The position numbers and the translations under genes are program-made. This document shows, one piece after another, positions 19,395-30,019 of a DNA stretch of 64,000 nt (its first letter is position 1; every line of letters starts with the position of its first letter). Source of the stretch: an uncultured delta proteobacterium (GTDB taxonomy: Bacteria; Myxococcota_A; Polyangia; Polyangiales; B10-G4); contig CAVSGI010000006.1 in the NCBI GenBank assembly GCA_963727445.1, forward strand, positions 320,001 to 384,000. The letters are read 5' to 3'. The notes below the pieces were generated by a model. That model had not been told where the DNA came from. It made no database searches and saw only the letters and a program-made list of their open reading frames with translations.

Positions 19395-20819
19395 TCAAAC
19401 GAGCGCTTTGGTCAGCACCGTCTCCTTGACCGAAGTGCCGCGCTCGGTCTCCGCGATCAGGAGATCGGCCGGGCACTTTCCTTCGTTCACCAGGGTGCGC
19501 AGCTTGCTCAGATGGATGCGCTCGTCGTCGCCGTTGCGGTTCAGGTTGCTCAGGCGCGACAGACCCGCGGCCGCGATGTCGAGCAGCTCGCTCGCCCACG
19601 TGCGCACCGGTCGCCCGGCGAGGGTGGCCGACAGGGCGCGTTCGGCGATCTCCGGCCGTGCCGCGGAGACGAGCTCGTGGTCGAGGGGTGCGCTCAACTT
19701 CTCGAGCGCATCCATCGCGTCGTCGTCGTAGAGAAGACCCTTCCACAGCGCCGGCAGCGCACAGACGAGCGACTGGTCCTGGCTGTCGGCGCCGCGCACT
19801 TCCAGGGTCTTCTTCAGCCGCGACTCGGGGAAGAGCGTGTTCAGGTGCGTCTCCCAGTCGGTGTGCGTCGCGTGCGCCCCTTCGAAGCCGTCCTTCATGA
19901 AGGCGCGGAAGGTCTGGCCGGTGTTCGCGAGGATCTTGCCGTCGCGCTTGACCAGAAACATGGGCACGTCGAGGGCCCACTCCACGTAGTCGCGGTAAGT
20001 GGCGGCCTCGCTCCATGCGAAGGGCAGAAGGCCGCTCCGGTCGGGATCCATGTCCAGCCAGACGCGGACGCGGCGGCTCTTGTCGCCACAGAGCTGTCCC
20101 TCGACGAAGGGGCTGTTCGCGAACATCGCGCTCACCACCGGCGCGACCGCGAGGGAGAGCCGCAGCTTGCGCATCGCGTCCGCTTCGCTCTCGAAGTCGA
20201 GATTGGCCTGCACGGTCGCCGTTCGCAGCATCATGTCGAGCGCCATCGTGCCGCGGGTGGGCAGGTACTCCTTCATGATGCCGTAGCGGAGCTTCGGGAC
20301 CCACGGCAGGTCTTCGCGTTCGGCGAAGGGGTGGAAGCCGAGACCCAGCCACGCGATGCCGAGCTCGGAGGAGATGTCGGCGAGCTCCTGCATGTGCCCG
20401 CGAAATTCGGCGCACGTCTGGTGAACGGTCTCGTGGGGCGCTCCCGACAGCTCGAACTGGCCGCCGGGCTCGAGGGTGATGCTGGTGGCTCCGCGCTGCA
20501 GGCTGATGACCTGACCGCCCGCGTGCTCCCGCTCCTCGAACCAACCGTGATGCGTCGTGAGGCTCTCGAAGACCGCCTGAATGCTCCGCTCCCCTTCGTA
20601 GGGCAGGGGGCTTCCATCGGGGAGGAGCACCCCGATCTTCTCCATCTCGGTGCCGATGCGGAAGCGACTGCGCGGCTTCTCGGCTTCGTGGAAGGGGCGG
20701 AGGAGGTCGGAAAAGTCCCGGAGTCGCTCGCTGTCTTTTTCGTAATCCAAGGAGAAGCCCGTGGTGGGAGGTCTCTGGTTGAGCCGACTGTTCGTTCGGG
20801 CGGCCCGAGGGGTTACCAT
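19395..20819 (-). CDS. gshA: Glutamate--cysteine ligase (GCS2 / plant-alphaproteobacterial type)
   Basis: IGTEMEK, ITLEPGGQFELSGAP, WVPKLRY, MMLRTATVQANLD, HLNTLFPESRLKKTLEVRGAD; start uncertain (TTG 20750 possible). Confidence 0.9.
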   Translation of the reverse strand: MVTPRAARTNSRLNQRPPTTGFSLDYEKDSERLRDFSDLLRPFHEAEKPRSRFRIGTEMEKIGVLLPDGSPLPYEGERSIQAVFESLTTHHGWFEEREHAGGQVISLQRGATSITLEPGGQFELSGAPHETVHQTCAEFRGHMQELADISSELGIAWLGLGFHPFAEREDLPWVPKLRYGIMKEYLPTRGTMALDMMLRTATVQANLDFESEADAMRKLRLSLAVAPVVSAMFANSPFVEGQLCGDKSRRVRVWLDMDPDRSGLLPFAWSEAATYRDYVEWALDVPMFLVKRDGKILANTGQTFRAFMKDGFEGAHATHTDWETHLNTLFPESRLKKTLEVRGADSQDQSLVCALPALWKGLLYDDDAMDALEKLSAPLDHELVSAARPEIAERALSATLAGRPVRTWASELLDIAAAGLSRLSNLNRNGDDERIHLSKLRTLVNEGKCPADLLIAETERGTSVKETVLTKALV

Positions 20820-20883
20820 GGGGCCGTTCGGGCGCCCTCACAAGCGCCTACATCGCACCACACTCGCCGGAGCTGCAACAAAC

Positions 20884-21231
20884 GTGACCACACGATCCAA
20901 GGCCGGTTACATCGGGCCCAACCTGGTGATTCATGGACGTTTGTCGGGCAGAGGCGAGATCGTCGTCGACGGCCTCCTGGAGGGGGACGTCACCGTGGAG
21001 GGTGTCGTGAAGGTGGGGGCGGTGGGCACGATCAAAGCGGCGGTCGAAGCCGACGTCGTGGACGTGGCCGGAGTCCTCAAGGGTGCCGTGACCGGGATGG
21101 AAGAGGTGGCGGTGCGAGAGGGAGGGACCATCGACGGCGATGTCCGCGCCCCGCGCGTCGCGATCGACGACGGCGGCGCTCTTCACGGCGGCATCCAGAT
21201 GGACTTCGAGATCGAGCGAGGAGACGAGTAG
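20884..21231 (+). CDS. Bactofilin (polymer-forming cytoskeletal protein)
   Basis: IGPNLVIHGRLSGRGEIVVDGLLEGDV...IDGDVRAPRVAIDDGGALHGGIQM. Confidence 0.88.
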   Translation: MTTRSKAGYIGPNLVIHGRLSGRGEIVVDGLLEGDVTVEGVVKVGAVGTIKAAVEADVVDVAGVLKGAVTGMEEVAVREGGTIDGDVRAPRVAIDDGGALHGGIQMDFEIERGDE

Positions 21232-21819
21232 ATGGGCAGACCTTCGATCCTCCCGAACGGCATGAAGCTGATCGGTGACGTGTCGGGCGAGGAGGACCTC
21301 GTGATCTTCGGCACCATCGACGGCGAGGTGCACGTCGACGGTGCGGTGGTAGTCGAGGAGGGCGGCGTGGTGCACGGAAACGTCCGCGGCCGCACGGTGA
21401 CCGTTCGCGGTGTGGTGGTCGGCGACGCCAAGGCCGAGAGCGCCATCCGCGTCGACGAGGGTGGCCAGATGGTCGGTGACGTTCGCGCGCCGCGCGTGAA
21501 CATCGTCAAGGGTGCGCGCTTTCGCGGTCACGTGCACATGACCGCGCCCGATGGAACCCTGGCGGCGCCAAGTTCCAAGCGCCGTCGCCGTCGTCGCTCC
21601 GACGAAGTCTCCGCGCCGGAGCAGTCGAGCCCGCGCGCAATCGAGGAAGCGGCGCGGACGAAGCGAGCGGTGCGCGCGACGGTGCCGGGTTCCGTCCGGG
21701 CGGTGCAGAAAGCCGATACGGTGGTGGGAGAGCCCGCCCCCGGGCCGCGCCGCCCGCCCGCCCCACGCATGCCGGTGCTCCGGCGCAGCCGAGCACGGCG
21801 CAAGGACTCACCGGCATGA
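21232..21819 (+). CDS. Bactofilin with basic, low-complexity C-terminal tail
   Basis: IGDVSGEEDLVIFGTIDGEV...VGDVRAPRVNIVKGARFRGHVHM followed by an R/P/A-rich tail. Confidence 0.88.
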   Translation: MGRPSILPNGMKLIGDVSGEEDLVIFGTIDGEVHVDGAVVVEEGGVVHGNVRGRTVTVRGVVVGDAKAESAIRVDEGGQMVGDVRAPRVNIVKGARFRGHVHMTAPDGTLAAPSSKRRRRRRSDEVSAPEQSSPRAIEEAARTKRAVRATVPGSVRAVQKADTVVGEPAPGPRRPPAPRMPVLRRSRARRKDSPA

Positions 21820-22379
21820 CGACCCCGGACGTGGGGCCGCGGCTCCTCGCGCTCTTGAAGGAGCTGAGCTTCGCCCGCCGGAAGGTGACGCTCGCCTCGG
21901 GGCGCGAGAGCGATTGGTTCATCGACGTCAAGCAGACAGTGCTCACGGCACAGGGGCACGCCCTCGTGGGGCGCGCGCTCCTGGACGCAGTCCTCGCGTT
22001 GCCCACGCCGCCCAAAGCGGTGGCCGGGGTGGAGCTCGGCGGCTGTCCGCTCGCCTCCGCGGTCTCCCTTCTCTCCCACGAGCGCGGCCGGCCGCTCGAC
22101 GCGATCTACGTTCGCAAGACGGTGAAGGACCACGGCAGCAAGCGCGAGCTCGAAGGGAACGGTCGCCTGGGGGAAGGCGACGAGGTGGTGGTTCTCGAAG
22201 ACGTGGTCACCACGGGAGGCTCGACGCTGAACGCGGTGGCCAAGCTGCGGGCGCACGGGCTGAAAGTGTCGTCGGTGGTGGCGGTCGTCGATTGGAACGA
22301 GGGTGGCCGAGAGGCCCTCGCCGATGCCGACCTCGCGCTCGTCTCTCTCTACGGACGCGCGGACTTCATGGGGGACTGA
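21816..22379 (+). CDS. pyrE: Orotate phosphoribosyltransferase
   Basis: TLASGRESDWFID, VRKTVKDHG, VVVLEDVVTTGGS. Confidence 0.93.
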   Translation: MTTPDVGPRLLALLKELSFARRKVTLASGRESDWFIDVKQTVLTAQGHALVGRALLDAVLALPTPPKAVAGVELGGCPLASAVSLLSHERGRPLDAIYVRKTVKDHGSKRELEGNGRLGEGDEVVVLEDVVTTGGSTLNAVAKLRAHGLKVSSVVAVVDWNEGGREALADADLALVSLYGRADFMGD

Positions 22380-22381
22380 AG

Positions 22382-23017
22382 GTGCGTGTCGTCGGGCACC
22401 TCCTCCTCGCCTCGCTCGCGGCCACCGTGCTCGGTTGCAGCGCGACGACGGTGAGCATGCGGCCCGAGCCCCGCTCCTTCACCGCCGCCGACTACGACAG
22501 CGTCTACGAGAAGTGGACCCGAGAAGCGGACGACTTCGAGTTCGGCAAGCTCACCGACGTGCTCAACGTGACGGCGACCTTTCAGGGGTGGGAGTTCCGC
22601 TGGGCTTACGTGGTGCGCTACGCCGCCGATCACAGCCTCCGAACCGAGGAGCGGGCCGAGATGCTCCGCGCCTCCCTGGCGGACGCGCGGGAACGCCACC
22701 GATTCTTCGTCACCATGAGCGGGGCCAAGTGGAGGGACACGGACCTCACGAGCGACGACGCGGTCTGGCGGGTGATCCTCGTCGATGAGGATGACAACCA
22801 GATGGTGCCCCTCGAGATTGAGAAGCTCCATCGTCCCACCGCCAACATCGGCGCCTATTACCCCTCCGTTTCCGTCTTCCGCCACGCGTTCCGGATCGTC
22901 TTTCCGGCCCGCCGGCCCGACGGAAGCCCCGTGATCCCGGACAATGCCAGCTACGTGATCCTTCGTTTCGCCGGGCCTCTCGGGACGGTCGATTTGAAGT
23001 GGGAGTTTGCGCACTGA
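22382..23017 (+). CDS. Hypothetical lipoprotein
   Basis: LLLASLAATVLGC lipobox; coding-like frame directly after pyrE. Confidence 0.65.
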   Translation: MRVVGHLLLASLAATVLGCSATTVSMRPEPRSFTAADYDSVYEKWTREADDFEFGKLTDVLNVTATFQGWEFRWAYVVRYAADHSLRTEERAEMLRASLADARERHRFFVTMSGAKWRDTDLTSDDAVWRVILVDEDDNQMVPLEIEKLHRPTANIGAYYPSVSVFRHAFRIVFPARRPDGSPVIPDNASYVILRFAGPLGTVDLKWEFAH

Positions 23018-23034
23018 GCGCCCTTTTTCCGGCG

Positions 23035-23063
23035 TTGACACCCATGTGACGCCCCGGTATGGT
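23035..23063 (+). promoter_or_regulatory. Sigma70-type promoter
   Basis: TTGACA (23035-23040), 17-nt spacer, TATGGT (23058-23063). Confidence 0.7.
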
Positions 23064-23159
23064 CGCGCCCGGCGTCTAAACTGCCGTATTGATACGAGTA
23101 ATCCCGGGGACCTCGGGAGCTGAGCGGGGCGCCGAGACCTTGAGGGGAGGCCCTTAGCC

Positions 23160-24839
23160 ATGAGGAAAGTCGCGACCAGCGCGCTCGCGAGCGTGCTCAT
23201 CATCTCCGTCAGCATGGCCCTGTGGGGCTGCCACGCTGATCCCGACGACGCGGCCGGTCAGGCCGGCGAGCTGACGGATCCCGTGCGTCGAGAGAACGCG
23301 CTTCGGAACATCCAGAGGCTCTATTCGGCAGCGTTGGCGGCGACCGACAACGACCGCAACAGCGACAAGGTCAAGGCCGTCGTCGATGCGACGGTCGACA
23401 AGATCTCCCAGGCCTACCTCGACTATCCCGAGGACACGCAGAACGGCCGGGTGATGCTGGACATCCTGAAGGACATGCAGGACCCGCGCGGTCTGCCCGC
23501 CTTCAAGGAGGCCCTCGGTTGGCGGCCGGAGGTGACCGAGGAGCACGCGATCACCGCGGCGCAGGCGATCCGTCTGATCGACATCCCCGACGCTGACAAG
23601 GCGGACGTCATCGACAAGCTGGCCGATGCCCTCGAGCGCGTCACCGGCGCGCGCGGCGTCGACAACCGCATGCGCATCGAGTTCATCCGCACCCTGGGTG
23701 AGCTGGGCGATACGCGCGCCACGCCGATCCTCACCAAGGTCGCCACGGCCCAGAGCGAAGAGCAGAACTTCCTCATCAACCGTCTCGCCGCGACCCAGAT
23801 CGGCCGCATGGGCGACCCCGAAGCGGTGCCGGAGCTCATCAAGGCCCTCTTCCTCTTCGCGCCGAACAACCCGGCGATGCGCATGAACGACGTGGCCGCC
23901 GAGGCGCTGGTCCGCATCGGCCGTCCCTCCTACCAGCCGCTCCTGGCGCTGATGCATGGCCAGAACGACGAGGCCAAGGCGATCGTCGAGGCGTACATCG
24001 AGGCCGTGCGGGCGCGCAACGAAGAGGCCGCCGCGGCGATGTCGGCGGAGATGCTGATGAACGCGGAGGCGACCTTCACCCTGGGTGCCCTCGGATACGC
24101 GGATGCCTTCGACGCCATCGTCGAGGAGGCGCAGAGCGAGGACATCAGTCGCCGCATCAACGCGTCCATCGCGCTCGTTCGCCTCAACCTGAGCGATGCG
24201 CAGAAGGCCCAGGTACGCGACATCCTCAAGAGCACCTACGAAGCGGCGGAGCTCGAGGCCAAGCCCCAGCTCCTGGCGGCCATGCGGATGATGTATGACG
24301 CCGATTCGTTGCCCTTCTTCCTGGCGCAGGCCTCCGATACCGACCTGCATCCGCAGGTGCGACTGGAGGCCGTCAAGGCGTACGCGCTGCTCGCGAACGC
24401 GCGCGACGTCGCCGCACTGCGTGCGCTGATCGCGCGCGAGCCGGCCTCCGAGGACGGCGGCTACAAGGAGAACTTCCAGCAGAACGAGCCCCTCCTCGCG
24501 CTCGCGACCGAGTGCAACGAGGACGTCTCCTGCTGGATTGGCAAGCTCGGCGACTCCGACAAGGAGGTCGTCAAGAAGGCCGCCTACATGCTGGGTCGCT
24601 ACGGCAGCGGCAACGAGGAGGCGGTGAACGCGCTTGTGGGCCTCCTCGACCACAACGAGCTCGAGGTGCGTCTGGCGGCGCTCTCGGCCCTCGATCGGAT
24701 CGCCACCCACGGCAGCCAGGCTGCCGTCGACAAGATCGAGGAGCTCCGCGAGACCGAAGAGGGCCGCTCGATCTGGAACAACTTCAGCCGTGAGGCGCTG
24801 CCCACCCAGGCGCGCCTCCGTAATCGCTCGGCTGACTGA
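23160..24839 (+). CDS. HEAT-repeat lipoprotein
   Basis: MALWGC lipobox; repeated LGELGDTRATPIL, IGRMGDPEAVPELI, VRLAALSALDRI. Confidence 0.8.
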   Translation: MRKVATSALASVLIISVSMALWGCHADPDDAAGQAGELTDPVRRENALRNIQRLYSAALAATDNDRNSDKVKAVVDATVDKISQAYLDYPEDTQNGRVMLDILKDMQDPRGLPAFKEALGWRPEVTEEHAITAAQAIRLIDIPDADKADVIDKLADALERVTGARGVDNRMRIEFIRTLGELGDTRATPILTKVATAQSEEQNFLINRLAATQIGRMGDPEAVPELIKALFLFAPNNPAMRMNDVAAEALVRIGRPSYQPLLALMHGQNDEAKAIVEAYIEAVRARNEEAAAAMSAEMLMNAEATFTLGALGYADAFDAIVEEAQSEDISRRINASIALVRLNLSDAQKAQVRDILKSTYEAAELEAKPQLLAAMRMMYDADSLPFFLAQASDTDLHPQVRLEAVKAYALLANARDVAALRALIAREPASEDGGYKENFQQNEPLLALATECNEDVSCWIGKLGDSDKEVVKKAAYMLGRYGSGNEEAVNALVGLLDHNELEVRLAALSALDRIATHGSQAAVDKIEELRETEEGRSIWNNFSREALPTQARLRNRSAD

Positions 24840-24862
24840 GGGCTCCGCAGTAGACTCTGCCC

Positions 24863-26785
24863 ATGCGCCTGGAGGTCCTCAGCGGCGACGCACAGGGTAC
24901 CGTCGTCGAATCCGACGGGGACATCGTGCGGATTGGGCGGGGTGAGGCGAACAATCTCGTCATCGACGCGCTCCACGTGAGCGCGGAGCACGCCTCCCTC
25001 GCCCACACCGACGCCGGCTGGATGGTGCGTGATCATCACAGCACCAACGGCACGCGCATCGTCCGCGGCGAGACGGTGGTGGACCTCGCGGAGGAGCCCG
25101 GCCGCGAGGCGCTCATCGAGAGCGGCGACGTGCTCAGCCTCGGCGATCCCGAGGCCCATCTCGCCGTCGCCGTCTCCTACGAAGAGGAGCCCGACGACAC
25201 CCGGATCGTGTCGCTGCGCCGGGTGGCGGAGATCGAGAAGGTCGAGGAGGCGGTCGGCCTCGACCGCGAGCTCCTCAAGAAGCTCTACGAAGCGCAGAAG
25301 GACATCTCCTCGGCGCTGCGCCTCGCCGAGGTGCTGGACGCGGTTGCCCGGCAGGTCTTCGCGTTTCTGTCGCGCGCGACCCACGTCACGGTGGCGCTTC
25401 GCGACGTCGACGAGCCGACGAGCCGCAAGAAGCCACGGTACGTGCCGGTCGGCACGCGGGTGCGCGACGGCGGCGACAGCGGCGAGTCGATCCCGATCAC
25501 CCGCAGCGTCTTCAAGAAGGTGGTGGCGGAGCGAGCCGCGGTGCTCGCCGCGGACGCCAAGCGCGACGTCGGCGAGACCGCCTCGCTGATGGCGGCGCAG
25601 ATCCTCTCCACCATCGGCGTCCCGCTCTGGTTCGGCGAAGACATCATCGGGGTGTTGCAGGTCGACAACCGCGCCTCGAAGGGCCTCTTCAAGGAGGAGG
25701 ACCTCGACATCCTCGCGGTCCTCGCGCAGACCACCAGCCAGGCGTTCCATCACGCCCGCCTCTACAGGCGCCTCGAGGCCGCCGAAGAGCAGGCACGCAG
25801 CGAAAACGAGTACCTGAAGGAGCGCGACAAGAGCCAGCGCTTCGGCGGGATCATCGGCGAGAGCGCCGCCATGAAGAAGGTCTTCGACCAGCTCAAGAAG
25901 GTGGTCGATACGCGGGTCACCGTCCTGGTCGAGGGCGAGACGGGCACGGGCAAAGAGCTCGTCGCCAGCGCCGTCCACCACTGGTCCAAGCGCGCCGAGC
26001 ATCTCTTCGTGGCGACCAACTGCGCCGCCATGCCCGAGAACCTGCTGGAGTCGGAGCTCTTTGGTCACAAGAAGGGCGCCTTCACCGGCGCTACCGAGGA
26101 CAAGAAGGGCCTCTTCGTGATCGCCGACGGAGGCACGCTCTTCCTCGACGAGGTCGGCGAGATGCCGATGTCCCTGCAGGCGAAGCTGCTCCGCGTGTTG
26201 CAGGAAGGTGAGGTTCGTCCGGTCGGCTCGAACCAGACCAAGACCGTCGACGTTCGGATCGTCGCCGCGACCAACCGGGAGCTCGAGAAGGAGGTGCAGG
26301 AGGGACGCTTCCGCGAAGACCTCTACTATCGTCTCAAGGTCTTCCCTCTTCGCATCCCGCCGCTTCGCGAGCGGCGCGAGGACATCCCGCTGCTCGCGGG
26401 CCACTTCCTGACCCGCTACGTGCAGGAGTTCGGTCGCGAGGTCGGCGGCTTCAGCCAGCAGTCGATGGAGCTGCTGCAGAGTTACAAATGGCCCGGCAAC
26501 GTGCGCGAGCTCGAAAACGAGGTGCAGCGCCTGGTCATCCAGGTCGACGACGGAGAGTTCGTGCAGGCGGAGCACATCAGCCCGCGGATCCGCCAGGTCG
26601 AAAACGTCATCGACAAGGTCCGGCCAGAGAAGGGCACGCTCAAGGAGATGGTCGAGCAGGTCGAGAAGTGGATCCTCCTCGAAGCCCTCCGCGAGCACGA
26701 CAACAACAAGACCGCCACCGCCAAGACCCTCGGCATCACCCGCGAAGGGCTCCACAAGAAGCTGAAGAACTACGGCCTGAGCTAG
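24863..26785 (+). CDS. FHA-GAF-sigma54-dependent Fis-family transcriptional activator
   Basis: IGRG..VSAEHA..STNGT (FHA); [39 protein letters not shown]-terminal HTH. Confidence 0.95.
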   Translation: MRLEVLSGDAQGTVVESDGDIVRIGRGEANNLVIDALHVSAEHASLAHTDAGWMVRDHHSTNGTRIVRGETVVDLAEEPGREALIESGDVLSLGDPEAHLAVAVSYEEEPDDTRIVSLRRVAEIEKVEEAVGLDRELLKKLYEAQKDISSALRLAEVLDAVARQVFAFLSRATHVTVALRDVDEPTSRKKPRYVPVGTRVRDGGDSGESIPITRSVFKKVVAERAAVLAADAKRDVGETASLMAAQILSTIGVPLWFGEDIIGVLQVDNRASKGLFKEEDLDILAVLAQTTSQAFHHARLYRRLEAAEEQARSENEYLKERDKSQRFGGIIGESAAMKKVFDQLKKVVDTRVTVLVEGETGTGKELVASAVHHWSKRAEHLFVATNCAAMPENLLESELFGHKKGAFTGATEDKKGLFVIADGGTLFLDEVGEMPMSLQAKLLRVLQEGEVRPVGSNQTKTVDVRIVAATNRELEKEVQEGRFREDLYYRLKVFPLRIPPLRERREDIPLLAGHFLTRYVQEFGREVGGFSQQSMELLQSYKWPGNVRELENEVQRLVIQVDDGEFVQAEHISPRIRQVENVIDKVRPEKGTLKEMVEQVEKWILLEALREHDNNKTATAKTLGITREGLHKKLKNYGLS

Positions 26786-26873
26786 CACCACTCGATGAGG
26801 GTCACGGCGGCCCTCGCTTGCTCAGGCATTTCCGAGCGCTCGTGGCCGTATCGAAGCTATAACAGAGGCGCCG

Positions 26874-27056
26874 ATGAGACGGTTCGCACGCGACGGCAGT
26901 GGATCGATTCTGGTGCTCGCCTCCCTGAGCTTCCTCTACATGGGCGTGCGGCAGGTCGCGGATCACGACTACGTCGCCGCGATCCTCCTGGTCCTGACGG
27001 GGCTCAGCTTGTGCTGGGCCGGGGTCGAGCTCCTGCGCCCGACGATCGGAGAGTGA
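26874..27056 (+). CDS. Small membrane protein (2 TM)
   Basis: Two hydrophobic segments; stop overlaps the start of the next gene. Confidence 0.6.
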   Translation: MRRFARDGSGSILVLASLSFLYMGVRQVADHDYVAAILLVLTGLSLCWAGVELLRPTIGE

Positions 27057-27949
27057 ACGTGCGAATGGTCCTCACGGCCTTCGTGATCGTCGTCTCGGCG
27101 TGTGGGGATGACGGACCGGCGGACGCGCCTGCCAGGGAGCAGGGCGGCGACGACGTCGGCGGTGAGACGGTGGCCACCGTCGATGGTGTCGGGATCTCCA
27201 TCGACGAGGTGGAGGCGATGGTCTCGCGCACCGGATTGTCACCGGAACAGGCGCTTCGGAAGCTCGAAGAGCAAGAGCTGCTGGCGGCTGAAGCGCGGCG
27301 GCGGGGCCTCGGCGCGCGAAGGGAGACGCGTGAGGCAGGCGAGCGCGCGATGATTCAGCGCTACCTCATCGAGCGCGTAGAGGGCGTGGTCACCCCCGCG
27401 TCGATCACCGATGAAGCGATGCGCACCAGGTACGAGGCGCAGCGGGACCGTTACGTCCGGCCGGCGCTCCGGCGGTCGACGCATCTGCTCTTCGAGGTGC
27501 CCGAGGACGCATCGCCGGAGGTGGTGAGAGAGAAGCAGAGAGAGGCCGCGCGCGTGCTCCGCGAGGCCGAGCACGGCGACGCGGCGACGGTGTTGGCCAC
27601 CGAGGCCGAAGCCGGTCCGGGACGCCGACTCGAGGAGCTCCCGCCATTCCCGCGGCAGGGGGCGCTCGAAGAGCCCTACGCTCGCGCGCTCTTCGAGACG
27701 CCGCCTGGGGAGCTCTATCCCGCGGCGGTGAGGACGCGCTACGGCTTCCACGTGATCCTGGTCACGGAGGAGATCCCCGGGGAGACGACGACCTTCGAGG
27801 AGGCCATGCCCGAGATTCGGGACGCGCTGGTCGTGGAGGGCAGGGCGGCGCTGCTGTCGCGCCTCTTGCGCGAGCTCGGCGCCGAGCGGCCGGTGCAGCT
27901 CGAGGAGCCGGCGCTGCAGCGCATCGACCGGCTGGAGCTCGACCCGTGA
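27053..27949 (+). CDS. PpiC/parvulin-type peptidyl-prolyl isomerase lipoprotein
   Basis: VVSAC lipobox, VATVDGVGI, THLLF, VRTRYGFHVI. Confidence 0.8.
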   Translation: MNVRMVLTAFVIVVSACGDDGPADAPAREQGGDDVGGETVATVDGVGISIDEVEAMVSRTGLSPEQALRKLEEQELLAAEARRRGLGARRETREAGERAMIQRYLIERVEGVVTPASITDEAMRTRYEAQRDRYVRPALRRSTHLLFEVPEDASPEVVREKQREAARVLREAEHGDAATVLATEAEAGPGRRLEELPPFPRQGALEEPYARALFETPPGELYPAAVRTRYGFHVILVTEEIPGETTTFEEAMPEIRDALVVEGRAALLSRLLRELGAERPVQLEEPALQRIDRLELDP

Positions 27950-28623
27950 CCGTGAAGAAGCGGCGGCGGCGCAAGACTCACGAGGCGCCGCGCGACATGG
28001 ACGAGAGCGCCTTCACCCACATCCTGAGGCGCCTGTGGAAGAGCAGCGAAAGCGTGCTGTCGGTCGTGTTCATCGACTCCGAGGGAGAGGCGATCGACTA
28101 CTGCTCGTCGATCGATCCATTCGAGGCGAAGGTCATCGGCGCGCAGATGATGGTCACGGCGCGCTCCATCCTCGATTCCCTCGTCAAGGCGGCCCACGGT
28201 CGCATGTACGAGATGACGGTCATCGCCGAGCAGCAGGTGCTCATCGTCCGGCGGGTGTCGAACGATCTGGCGCTCGTGATCTCCACGCGCGTAGGCGAGG
28301 ACGAGCATCCGGTGGCGGTCGCGGTGGAGCGCTGCGTGGACCGACTGCGGCGCGAAGCCAAGCTCGATGTTCCCGAGTGGGAGCCGCGTCCCAAGCCACT
28401 CGAGGTGCTGATCCGCGAAGCGGTCGGTTGGGACTACGCGCCCGCGCTCTTCAGCGACAAGGAAGGCGAATGGACCGAGGTGTCGGTGGTCCTCGGGCGC
28501 TGGGAGGATGACGATCAGGACGACCTGACCTGCTTCCGCGTCCGCACACGCGACGGAAACGAGGTCACGCTCGCCCACGACACGAAGTACGATCGCTGGA
28601 CGTTGTTGAGCGACGCGTATTGA
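27946..28623 (+). CDS. Roadblock/LC7-like domain protein with an extra C-terminal beta domain
   Basis: FTHILRRL...VLSVVFIDSEGEAID (Roadblock-like); C-terminal VLGRWE..CFRVRT..VTLAHD..RWTL. Confidence 0.55.
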   Translation: MTVKKRRRRKTHEAPRDMDESAFTHILRRLWKSSESVLSVVFIDSEGEAIDYCSSIDPFEAKVIGAQMMVTARSILDSLVKAAHGRMYEMTVIAEQQVLIVRRVSNDLALVISTRVGEDEHPVAVAVERCVDRLRREAKLDVPEWEPRPKPLEVLIREAVGWDYAPALFSDKEGEWTEVSVVLGRWEDDDQDDLTCFRVRTRDGNEVTLAHDTKYDRWTLLSDAY

Positions 28624-28651
28624 AGGGGGCGCGACCCTCGGGCGTTCCGGG

Positions 28652-30019
28652 TCACCACACCAGGAGCACGGTGCCCATCCAGATGGCGCCGGCGAGCATG
28701 ATGATGGCCGTGTAGCCGATGACGTCTTTCGCCTTCACGCCGGTGATGGCGAGCAGAGGCAGGGCCCAGAAGGGTTGGAGCATGTTGGTGAGCTGGTCGC
28801 CGTAGGCGACGGCCATCACGGCTTCGCTCAGGGGCACGCCGAGGGTGCGCGAGGCTTCGACGGCGATGGGGCCCTGCACGGCCCACTGGCCGCCGCCGCT
28901 TGGAACGAAGAGGTTGATGACCCCCGCCGAGAGCATGGTGAGCACGCCGTAGCTGTGTGCCGAGGCAGCGGAGGTGATGGCGCTGGCGAAAGTGGCGCCG
29001 AGGCCGGTGCCGCGCATGACGCCCATGATCCCGGCGTAGAACGGGAACTGCAGCACGATGCCGCTCGTGCCCGCCACCGCGTCCGCCACCGCGAGTCGGT
29101 AGCGCCTGAGGCTCCCATGCAGCGCGAGGCCGAGCGTGAGAAAGAGCAGGTTCAGCGCGTTCGGATCGAGCTTCGCGATCCCCACGTCCACGAGCCACAG
29201 GGCGAATGCCGCGCCGAGAGGGATCACCAGGAGCCACGCCGTGATGGGGCTCGCCTCGATGCGCTCCGGCAGGGTCTCGGCGGCGGCTTCCTCTTCGCCG
29301 TCGTCCTCGGGCGGCGCGCCCAGATACTCGGTCATCGACTCGCAGGGCTCCGCGCCGCGCGGCGCCAGGGCCGCCGCCAGCGCCGGCACCAGGAAGAGGA
29401 GCCCGAGCGTCACCACCAGGTTCATCGGTGAGAGCACCGTCTTCATGAAGGACAGCGTTCCGACCTCTGTCGCCACGTCCTCGCCGAGGAAGCGCGCCAC
29501 GTTCGCTTCGGTCGTCATCATGAGCGGCGCGCTTCCGCTGAAGCCGCCGTGCCAGCACATGAGCCCGGTGTATCCCGCTGCCGAGAGCAGCGGGTAGTGC
29601 GCGGCGATACCGCGCGCCGCGCAGCTCTTGCCGACCTCGCGCGCGAGGATCGCCCCCACCACCAACCCGAGGCCCCAGTTGAGGAGCGCGGTGAAGATGG
29701 CGACGAAGGCGACGAGGAACGCGGCCTGTGCGCCGCTTCGCGGCAGCGCGGCCACCCCGACGAGGAAGCGCTTCACCACCGGCGCCGAAGCGAGCGCGTG
29801 ACCCGTGACGAGGATCAGCACCATCTGCATGGTGAAGGCGAGCAGGCTGAAGAAGCCGGTGTCGCCTTGCCATGCGCGAACGATCTCGAGCGGCCCCACC
29901 GATTCGATGATCGCCGCCAGGAGGAAGGTCAGCAGCGTCAGGCCCACCGCCAGGACGAAGGGATCGGGCGTCGTTGCGCGAAAGAAGGCCGCGAATCGAT
30001 GCCCCAGCCGACGGATCAT
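28652..30019 (-). CDS. atoE: Short-chain fatty acid transporter (AtoE family)
   Basis: PDPFVLA, FTMQMVLILVTGHALA, HYPLL, WHGGFSGSAPL, PSGGGQWAVQGP, TNMLQPFWALPLL. Confidence 0.9.
   Translation of the reverse strand: MIRRLGHRFAAFFRATTPDPFVLAVGLTLLTFLLAAIIESVGPLEIVRAWQGDTGFFSLLAFTMQMVLILVTGHALASAPVVKRFLVGVAALPRSGAQAAFLVAFVAIFTALLNWGLGLVVGAILAREVGKSCAARGIAAHYPLLSAAGYTGLMCWHGGFSGSAPLMMTTEANVARFLGEDVATEVGTLSFMKTVLSPMNLVVTLGLLFLVPALAAALAPRGAEPCESMTEYLGAPPEDDGEEEAAAETLPERIEASPITAWLLVIPLGAAFALWLVDVGIAKLDPNALNLLFLTLGLALHGSLRRYRLAVADAVAGTSGIVLQFPFYAGIMGVMRGTGLGATFASAITSAASAHSYGVLTMLSAGVINLFVPSGGGQWAVQGPIAVEASRTLGVPLSEAVMAVAYGDQLTNMLQPFWALPLLAITGVKAKDVIGYTAIIMLAGAIWMGTVLLVW

Noticed and set aside
24599..26791. 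Long antisense ORFs (also 2761-4218, 28515-31172, 36366-38615, 50010-52517, 59327-60979)
   Set aside because: These mirror well-supported genes on the other strand, which is expected in high-GC DNA with few stop codons; no recognisable motifs
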